A DNA stretch of 27,134 bases from Macrostomum lignano. Its lineage: Eukaryota. A program made the translations under genes and the position numbers. The notes under the pieces are model-generated. The model did no database searches. It worked only from the letters and a program-made list of their open reading frames with translations, and had not been told where the DNA came from. Below are positions 9,191 to 22,887 of this stretch, in pieces; position 1 is the stretch's first letter, and each line of letters starts with the position of its first letter. The stretch lies in assembly GCA_002269645.1 (NCBI GenBank), contig NIVC01005067.1, positions 1-27,134 of the forward strand, in the 5' to 3' direction.

Positions 9191-10921
9191 ATGGAACTAG
9201 TGACGGCTGAAAAACCCATGAAAAACCCTCTTGCAACAAGGTACTACCTAGTAGGTTTTTTAATCGGAGATAGGATGCTTTGGAAAGTCCAATTAATGAT
9301 ACCACCGCAAACATCTACGACTATAAAGACAGCATCCAATCAGTTGTTGATCACACACTCAAAACACGCAAGACCTTTAAACTACAGATATCATTCAAGA
9401 TTGCGTTTTATATGCCTGCAAAACCCACTGAGCATCTCGAGTATTACATGACAACAAAGGCAAAGCCATTCACCCCTACATACACACTGGATCCTTTCCT
9501 TCAAGATGTCACTAAGAAAATTGAAGCGTTTACATCCAGAGGTTCCGGATGGGTCGTAGGAGGGATTCAAAGAGCGACTGTTATGGTCATGAAATATGAC
9601 CCACTTAAAGCCTCCTCTTATATAGAGCTCCCGCAAAAGCTAGCCGGCAAAAAAGCTTGCATAAATGTTAAAAATAAAGACAATTGTTGTGCTCTATGGG
9701 CAGTTCTCTCTGCACTTCTTCATGATAGTGTCCTTCACCACCCCGAAAGAACCTCAAATTATCAAATTTATTTTAACGACTATCTTATCAAATGCGAAAA
9801 GAAGGGGGTCAGGTTTGACAAAGGAGGCTTGGCGATCTCGCAGATTTCAGAGCTAGAAGAAGTGTTTAATAACAAAATTAGAATCACAGTCTTTAAGTGG
9901 AGTGAAAAAACTGAGAAAGTTCAACCAGTCAGATGTAGCAAAGACGTTTTAGATCCTGAGGGGAAAAGGTGGACTGAAGTGGATCTTCTAGTGATTGGTA
10001 ATTTACTAGAGGAGGCTCACTATGTTTGGATTAAATATCTTTCAAGACTCATTCACAAGCAGTTGAATAATCATCACGAGGCTGTTGCCATCTGCCGCTT
10101 GTGCTTTAAGCATTACAGTAGACCTGAACGTTTTGAAAAACTAGCAGAGCATGAATTATCATGTGAGGATCACCCGACCAACTGCTCTCTTCCTTCAGCT
10201 GAAGAGAAGTATCTCCGGTTTAAGAACTATCACAAGATGGAGAAGCTCCCATTTGTTGTATATGCTGATTTCGAATGCTCAATCATGCCAGAAACTCAAA
10301 AACAAACTCAAACTCAAAAACATGTCCCCAATTCAGTGGCATATGCCTTTATTACTACAAAGGGACTTGATGAGTATAATTATTTCTTTGGAGAGGAGTG
10401 TGTTGAGCAGTTTATTGCCAGAATGTTAGAGTTGCAAAAAGTGATTAGCACCCTTCAACCTGTTCCAATAATGATGACTGAGGAGGATGAAAGCAATTTC
10501 CTATCAGCAACTCATTGCCACATCTGCAGGAAACAGTTAACTTGCACTGATATTAAAAACCCCACCGTTAGGGACCACTGCCACTATACTGGGAAATTTA
10601 GAGGTGCAGCGCATAACACCTGTAATCTAAAGCTAAAATCGAACATTCATGATCTAACGATATTTTGTCACAACGCAAAGAACTATGACATGCATTTAAT
10701 AGTTGAAAAAATCGGCATGATTCCAGACATACACCTTGACTGCATCGCAGAGAACAAGAAGTTTAAGTGTGTTGATATTAAACAGGATAATTCAGGTAAA
10801 TGTATCGGTTCGAGTGAAGGTAAGATAAGACTGAAGGATTCATATCAATTTCTAGCTGCCAGTCTAGACGAACCAAGCATGAATCTAAAAGATTAACAAT
10901 GTACAGATACAAATATGTTTG
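9191..10921 (+). pseudogene. polB: Protein-primed family B DNA polymerase, 5' part (N-terminal region, C2H2 finger, 3'-5' exonuclease with HNH/EndoVII insertion)
   Basis: FTSRGSGW, SSYIELP..KKACINVKNKDNCC, HYVWI, CRLC..H..C, ExoI YADFEC, CHIC..RDHCHYTGKFRGAAHNTCN, ExoII HNAKNYD, DSYQFL; nonsense codon at 10894; start uncertain (9191-9280). Confidence 0.9.
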
Positions 10922-15999
<5,078 letters not shown>

Positions 16000-16104
16000 T
16001 CCTTGTGCTCTTTTACCTTGGGGTTGCGATAGGGGCCTCGCGGCCTATTCGCGGCGCCTGCGCCCCCCGTCAGTAGTAAGTAAGTAAGTAAGTAGTACTA
16101 TCCG

Positions 16105-16422
16105 TTATCATCAGTCTAATTATCTGCGTCGCGAATTGCTTAAATCCTGTAGCTTGAGTAATCAAATTAAATCGTCTAGCCAATTATCAGTTTGTATCAT
16201 AGGATTATCACTCTCTAAATCTTCCGGTTTGTGTTCCCTCGTGTTCTTTATTTTCTTGTACTGTACCTGCGGCTATTGGAGAAAGACTGGTAGGACTCGC
16301 CGACCGGCGATAGGCGATTAGGATTAATAGTTTTAAAATCTTCGAACGCTCCAAGTAGGTTTGTCTAGGGCCTAAATAATTGCTTACCGTGCATGCTATT
16401 ATCTAATTGCCTATTTATCACA
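16105..16422 (+). repeat. Solo LTR, right part
   Basis: Ends ..TATCACA followed by TSD TTTG (16423-16426); removing the insert restores the pPolB frame. Confidence 0.8.
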
Positions 16423-18225
16423 TTTGCAAGTAAAATTAACAACAGTGATGAATCATTTAAACTTTTAAGAAAGAAAGGCTTCTACCCCTATGAGAATATT
16501 ACTGGGTATCACGTATTTGAAGAAGGTTTACCAACACTGGAGAAGTTCTTTTCAAAGCTAACAGACTCTGGAATCTCTGACAAAGACTATGAGCACGCGA
16601 AGCATGTCTATAATTACTTTAATTGTCGAAACTTCTTCCAGTATCACCTGCTTTACCTCTACACAGATGTGTTTCTGCTGGCCGATGTGTTTGAAACCTT
16701 CAGATACACCTGGTACACAGCATATGGCCTCGATCCAGCACATTATGTCTCTGCCTGCCACTAGCTGGGAATCTTTGCTTAAAATGAAATGGGATCAAGA
16801 TCCAGATTGGTACATTGAACTTCTTAGAGACATTGACATGTACAATTTTGTAGAATCGTCAAAGCGAGGGCCGATCTCAATTTGTGTTAACAGGTATGCA
16901 AAAGCAAACAATCCCTACATTGAATCTTACAATAAGGAGCAGCCCTCAAACTACATTACTTACTTGGACGCTAATAATCTCTACGGTTGGGCGATAAGTC
17001 AAGATCTTCCAGTTAGAGATTTTCGATGGCTAATCGTATCAGAATTTGAATGGGATTTTTCATTGGCTGCCATTTATGAGGTTGATGTTTACATTCCACC
17101 AGAGCTTCACGACTATTTCTCTGACTTTCCACCCTTCCCAGAGAACATCAAGTGCCCGAAAATAATCGAAACTCCCAATGGAACTTGGCACCTGTCAAGA
17201 ACAGAAACAGAACATACAGAGAAACTAACACAGAATCTAAACAACAAGACACGTTACAAAATCCATTACAAACTGCTTCAGTATTTTTATCTCACTTGGT
17301 TGCAGGGTCACCAAAGTTCACAGGGCTCTTACATTTACAGAGGAAGCGTGGATGAATTCCTACATTGATTAAGAACACCCAGTTTAGGACCAAAGCAACC
17401 AACGACTTTGACAAGAACCTCTTTAAGTTGGCCAACAACTCTGTCTATGGCAAGACTCTTGAGAATGAGCGGAAAAGAACAAACCTGAAACTTGTTACCT
17501 CATCAGAGCCTGCTGTTATTCAAGCAAATATGTCAAAGCCAACATTCAAAGAACTCCACATCTTTAATAGCTACTTAGGTGTGATCATATTTTACAAAAC
17601 CAAGGTGACGCTGCGCAAGCCGATCTATTCAGGTGTCACTGTTCTCGACGAATCAAAACGTCCTGATGTACTAGTTCTTCTATGGCATGAAGCAGCAGTA
17701 CAAGGATAAAATGAAACTCTTGTACACTGACACAGGCAGTTTTATTATGGACATTCAAACAGAAGACATTTATCGGGACATGCTGCAGCAAAAAGATTTG
17801 TTTGACTTGTCTGAGTATGATGAATCTTGCAGGACACAGAATGGCGATCAAGTGTTTGACGCCACTAACAAGAAAGTGATTGGGAAAATGAAGGACGAGA
17901 TTGCTGGTGACATAATCACTGAATTCATTGGGTTGAGAGCAAAGTCCTATTTTTTTAAATGTGAGTCGTCAGACCCAATTAAAAAATCAAAGGGAATTCG
18001 GAAACGTGTGGTTAGGAAGGAAATTAATGAAGCTGAATACAGAGACGCCTTGAATTGCAACAAAAAGACATCACATGAGTTCTCAAAGCTTACAATCTAA
18101 AAACCATATTATTCACACAATTCAGCAAAAGAAGATTGGACTGTCAGGTGCAGAAAACAAGAGATTCATTTTTGATGACAATATTAACAGTCTACCGTTC
18201 GGGCATTGGAGATTAGGCTTAGGAG
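16423..18225 (+). pseudogene. polB: Protein-primed PolB, 3' part (polymerase domain), several frameshifts
   Basis: RKKGFYPYE, YLYTDVFLLADVFE, motif A YLDANNLYG (16961), motif B KLANNSVYGK (17425), motif C YTDTG (17723; D to G change), GKMKDE, GLRAKSY, KRFIF..SLPFGH; end approximate. Confidence 0.93.
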
Positions 18226-18287
18226 GTGGGTTTAGGCGGTGGAGGTTAGGTTTAGGTTTAAGAGAAGGTTTAATAAAACTCATAAAA

Positions 18288-18697
18288 ATGACAAAAATGA
18301 CGACAAATAACTTTCTTGAAGATTTGGCTAACGAACTGAAAATCCCAAACTTTAGAGGAATATTTATGGGGGACACTCTGCCTGATTTTCCTCTAAGAAA
18401 AGAATGCGGCATCATGAACTTTAACACCACCGATAAGCCAGGATATCATTGGGTTTGCTGGGTGATTGATCCCGATCGCAAGCACAAGTGTTATTACTTT
18501 GATAGCTATGGGACGGCAGTACCAGAAGAGCTAAGAAATTATATGAAGGGAAAAAAATTAAAAAAACTTATCGCTCAGACTTTATTCTCCAAGTTCTTAG
18601 CAGTGATATTTGCGGTGAGCTGTGCATGACTGTTTTGTATGCAATGACCAAAACACGAAAGACCTACAAGGAAATTATTCGTACCTGTGTTTCATAG
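18288..18697 (+). pseudogene. Adenain-like cysteine (maturation) protease, frameshift near 18565
   Basis: GIMNF..KPGYHWV, YYFDSYG, then LQVLSSDICGELC in a shifted frame ending at TAG 18697: His/Asp/Gln/Cys in adenovirus/Polinton protease order. Confidence 0.85.
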
Positions 18698-18783
18698 GGG
18701 TTCATTGTGCATTTCTCGTTGTCCTTCTTGCCGAATTTCTTGCCGACTTTGTTTCCGCATAATGTTGAAGAGCGTTCTCAAGT

Positions 18784-19415
18784 TCATTTCTCAGCTGACT
18801 CGTCATCAGTACCGACCATGTTCAAGTTCATTCGAATTGATTGTTCATAAAGATCCTGAATGGTTTTGAACTCATCCTCTGAAATGAACTTATCCTCGAT
18901 TGCCCTTGAAATGTACCCTATGATTGAAGTGTGCACCCCTTTCTCTTTTACTTGCTTTTCTGTAGCTGCTTTAGTTTTTTTCGCCTGTTTCGCCTTAATG
19001 CTCCAGTCACTGCTGAAGTAAGTCCACATGCAGCACCTACTGAACCTAGTGGAATTGCGATTGGGGCTGTGATGGCTGGCAACACTGAGACAGCTGCAGC
19101 AGACCCAGATACAACAGACACAGATCCTAGAATCATATTGCTGTAGTCGAAAAATTTACAGTGGTTGTCATAGCGCTTAATTTTCTTTGTGTTGATTTTT
19201 TTCAAGATCATCGCACATTTTTTGAATCTCCACCAATCGAAACTGTTGAGAGTTACAAGTAATGACGGGCTAGAGTTTTTGTTGCTCATATTGAGGTGCA
19301 TTCATATTCGATGCCAGGCTTTGTGTGTTCGAATTCGGTTCCGTTGGGTTTGGTGCTGTCGGTATTTTAGGTTCAGCGTATTGAGACTGATCGTATAGAG
19401 AATTTTTTGGGCCAT
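18784..19415 (-). pseudogene. Polinton-type small protein with a hydrophobic hairpin, several frameshifts
   Basis: QQFRLVEIQKMCDDLEK, FFDYSNMILGSVSVVSG..LPAITAPIAIPLGSVGAACGL, basic stretch, ISRAIEDKFISEDEFKTI; a pattern I recall from Polinton-like elements. Confidence 0.6.
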
Positions 19416-19448
19416 ATTTTTCTCTAGAAAAAATAAAAAATTATAAAA

Positions 19449-20111
19449 CTATCTGGTTGAAATATCTGTTATTTTCTCTTTGGTAATTTCATCTGCAGTA
19501 ATGATCGAACGAGCAGTAGATTCTGCTTCATCAATAGCAATATCACGAAGATTGAGTGCTCCCTCCAGACGATTAAGCCTCCTTAGTGTTTTACCCCAAG
19601 AGCTATAAATTCCGTTTAGATAGCTACTGTGTGATACATCGTTTCTCTCTAATGCTTCAAGTCTTTCTTTAATTCTATCATGCAACGCTGTTGACTGGTT
19701 TATGAACTCTTCTAAATTATTGACTTTAACTGTGTTTGTAAAAACTCCTCCTTCAAGAATGCGCATCTGTCTAGCAGTAGAATTTCTCAGAAGATTAACT
19801 GTCGATGTTAAATTTGTGATTTGCGAGACCGCCGAAGTTATTTCTGACCTTAATTTATTAGTTGCGTGTACAACCTGTACATAAAGCGTATCACTTTCAA
19901 ACTTCTGCCTGCCTACTCTATATCGGAGATCTTCTATGTTTATCTGTAGCTGGTGCATGGAGCGCTCTAATTGTTTCAGTCTGTTTTTATTCAGTTTGAT
20001 CTCTGAGATCTCTTCGTCGCTGTTGATATATCGCCTGTCAAGGATGGATATTAGAGCTGATGTAAGAGCGCTGTTGCCAGAAATGGATTCGCCTGCAAAA
20101 TTAATAGACAT
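19449..20111 (-). CDS. 220-aa predicted coiled-coil protein (possible fibre/spike)
   Basis: Uninterrupted ORF with AAAAATG context and heptad-like hydrophobic periodicity; function inferred only. Confidence 0.65.
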   Translation of the reverse strand: MSINFAGESISGNSALTSALISILDRRYINSDEEISEIKLNKNRLKQLERSMHQLQINIEDLRYRVGRQKFESDTLYVQVVHATNKLRSEITSAVSQITNLTSTVNLLRNSTARQMRILEGGVFTNTVKVNNLEEFINQSTALHDRIKERLEALERNDVSHSSYLNGIYSSWGKTLRRLNRLEGALNLRDIAIDEAESTARSIITADEITKEKITDISTR

Positions 20112-20126
20112 TTTTATTGACAGAAT

Positions 20127-20928
20127 TTAAATCAGAATCTTTTTCTCCTTGTTGATCATGACAAACTGAAAGGGTTGGTTCCACTTTTCGTAGCAGAGGT
20201 TAACGAATTCCTCTTGTGAAATCTTTCTGCTGGAGTTTTTTTGTTGGATTTATAAAATAGGCAGGCGCAATGACCTCATTGTAAAATCTTTTTAGCCTGT
20301 CCTGTGGAATGGTTGGAAACAGGAGAATCAGATTGCAGTTCCCGCGAATTGTTTTGTTCGGGAGCTCGAACCAATTCTGTGCAATGTAAATTGCATTACA
20401 ATTGTTATGTCGCCCTCTTGTAAAATAATTTTCTATCTGCTTCTGTGGGCCTGTCATACAATCATAAAAGACGATCAAATGTTTTCTCCACTTTTCTAGC
20501 TCATCTGGTTGGGGTTGAAGTTTGGTCTTTGGATCAGCCTGTGGATCTCCATAGGTGAACACTGTAATGTTCTGCCATTTTTCATTGTCTTTGAGGTGCT
20601 TTGCATATTCAGCAGCAACAATTTCTGGGTTACTGGGAAGTTTTTGTTGGTTATTAAAACATGCAATAATGTCCTCTTTGTTCAGCTTGTTTTGAAGCCC
20701 TGCAATCAGCATTCTATACTCATCTTGATACAGTGTGGGAGAGTAGATGTGCAGAGTGTCATAGTCGATAAAGCCAGGTCTAAGAAGCATGTTAAAGACT
20801 CTGAATGTTTTACCTGAACCTGATGAACCAACAACAATGCATCTGAAGTGACTCGGGATTGACTCGTGATGAGAAAACTTAATCTGATTACGCGTCCAGT
20901 GAGGATTGAAGTCGTTTGAAAAGTCCAT
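20127..20928 (-). pseudogene. A32/FtsK-HerA-type DNA packaging ATPase, frameshift near 20225
   Basis: Walker A VVGSSGSGKT, Walker B LIVFYD (DD to YD), FTRGRHNNCNAIYIAQN, IRGNCN; C-terminal EEFVNLCYEKWNQPFQFVMIN in a shifted frame. Confidence 0.92.
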
Positions 20929-21035
20929 TTTTTCTATGATGAAAAATTTTTTAAATAATAAATAACTTAGATGTGTCGTTTTGGGACTTAGATGAGTCAT
21001 TTTGGGACTAGTCTTGTACCCTCAGAAAGTACCCT

Positions 21036-21425
21036 TTAGTCAAATTTGAAACCACTTCCTTTTTTAATGCTAGCTCTCATCTTCTCATAGACTGCAGGGT
21101 CCACACTGTCTGGATTTGGGGCCAGCGGAGCCAGCGGGGCCAGTGGAGGTTGAATCTCTTGTTTAGGTGTTACAGTATCCTTTATCTTTTTGGCTGCTGT
21201 GACTACACTGCCAGCCGCTTCGGCAACGTTTTTGATGTTCTCTTTGTTCTCTCCAATGACCTTAAAAATCTTGGCCCCCTGAGCGATCAAATCAGCAAGG
21301 CCCTTCCCGGAGCGCTCTTTTCTTGGATAGTGGCCTGCAGGGAAAAGTCCAGATCCGCGTTTAATGAGATTAAGTTCCTCTTTGTCATAGTATTTGTCAA
21401 TGTCTTTCTCAAAAATAATCGGCAT
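21036..21425 (-). CDS. 129-aa basic protein with repeated GxG(L/F) motifs (putative virion core/maturation substrate)
   Basis: Intact ORF with RGSGL, SGKGL and KGSGF motifs, an amphipathic LADLIAQGAKIFKVIG stretch and a Pro-rich segment; adjacent to the ATPase. Confidence 0.65.
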   Translation of the reverse strand: MPIIFEKDIDKYYDKEELNLIKRGSGLFPAGHYPRKERSGKGLADLIAQGAKIFKVIGENKENIKNVAEAAGSVVTAAKKIKDTVTPKQEIQPPLAPLAPLAPNPDSVDPAVYEKMRASIKKGSGFKFD

Positions 21426-21441
21426 TTTTACTTAAAATAAA

Positions 21442-21575
21442 TTATTTTTTGTTGAACCGCGAAAGCAGAAGCTCTCTCGCCCTCTTATCGATGTATTTTC
21501 TCTCAAGCATTTTGTCCAGGATGTTGACAAATTCTTTTCTATTTTCATCTTTCATTCCGATCTTTGCCGCCCTAG
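21442..21575 (-). pseudogene. C-terminal remnant of a further Polinton gene, cut by LTR sequence
   Basis: RAAKIGMKDENRKEFVNILDKMLERKYIDKRARELLLSRFNKK* followed by a short AT spacer and the next ATG. Confidence 0.5.
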
Positions 21576-22297
21576 AAGAACCGCTACTCACAGACACACA
21601 GTCGAAGATGGATCAGGAATCAGATAGGTTGGCTGAGGCCTAGCGCAGGCTGCGCTGGACTTTCAAGAGAGCGATTATCTGAGCGCTAGCAGAGAGAAGG
21701 GTTAACAGAAGGGTTGCCAAACAGAGGCACGAGAGGCCCGTACTTATAGGCTAGCGGATCGATTTCAGCATACCGTGCAACACCCCATTGCGCCAGAGTG
21801 CGCAAGGCCGCTCTCACTGCGCCCCTCAACCTGGCGTGATTCAGTTCTATTTTTAGAAACAAGCGCGGAGCCCCGCCTGAGAGGCAAGGACGCTAAGGAC
21901 TGACACCCAAGATTGCACAAGGCAGCGCAAGAAAAGGACAGAGCGCCGGGGCACGTGATCCGCTACCGTACAGGTCGGACAGAGAGAACAAATGCAGCCA
22001 CACAAAAAAGGGGGGGGAGAAGGCCAGACAGACAATGAATCAAGGACAGGCCGAGCGAAGAAGCTCAGACACTGGGGACGCAAACGAACCGGAAAAAGGG
22101 GGGACAAAAGGGGAGCGCAGGCAGACAAAAGGACAACGAGGGAGGGAGAGGGAGAGAGGGAGCGGGAGAGGGAGAGAGAGGGAGGGAGAGGGAGAGAGGG
22201 AGCAGGAGAGGGAGAGAGAGGGAGGGAGAGCTGCGGCCAGCGGCAGCCAACAGCTCAGAAGGGCGCAGGGCACAGCTGACCAACGGGACACTTAACA
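21576..22297 (-). repeat. Third LTR (different family), 3'-truncated
   Basis: Sense start TGTTAAG at 22297, TATAAGTA 21741-21748, MEF2-type site 21847-21856; no CA end found before the Polinton junction (left boundary approximate). Confidence 0.65.
22141..22230. repeat. Polypurine (GGA/GA) tract with 40-bp higher-order period
   Basis: Units at 22141, 22181, 22221; nearly all G/A. Confidence 0.92.
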
Positions 22298-22317
22298 TTA
22301 AACTAGTGCTCACTTCA

Positions 22318-22328
22318 CTCTCCCCTTT
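22318..22328 (-). other. Polypurine tract of element 2
   Basis: Sense AAAGGGGAGAG immediately before TGAAG, which mirrors the 5' LTR end CTTCA. Confidence 0.8.
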
Positions 22329-22887
22329 CAAATGATGAGGCGGAGTGAAAGCGTAGCCGCTTTATTTAAAACGAAGAAGTTAAATTTGTACTTAATAAAA
22401 CAAAACGAGAAAATATTTGACGTTAACTGAGATTAGGCGACATAAAGTTGACAAAAGTTCCACCTGAAAAGATTGAGCAGGAGATGTGATGTTGAATTAA
22501 TAACCGGCTGACCTGATCAAATTGAGCGTAAATGCAGTAATGCTAAGTAAAGGGAGTTTAAACTGACTTTGAATTTAAAATGCGGACTGACGCCCTGTTA
22601 ATTGACTAAAATAATGATGGAAGGCGCCGGCCCAACTAATAAACGCAAAATAACAGGGCGCCTAAATAGGTTTAGTGGGATGCCGGAAGTCAAGTGGCAG
22701 AGCCCGGGGAAATGGCGCGCGCGAGGAGAAAAACAAATGCGGACAATAGTACGCTCGCGTTACTTTCGCGTAAACTGAGGGAGCCCACCCTCGCTAGAGT
22801 TCAACAGATGGCCGGGCTGGATACGAGCGTCATCCTACACAGAGGCAGGCACACCTAAGCGACGATCAAATTGGGCGAAAGCACCTG

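Noticed and set aside
18205-18260. Telomere-like TTAGG repeats
   Set aside because: Irregular, short, and explained by a small duplication encoding WRLGLG at the pPolB end
20964-21011. 21-bp direct repeat upstream of the ATPase as a viral promoter
   Set aside because: Only two imperfect copies and not seen upstream of the other Polinton genes
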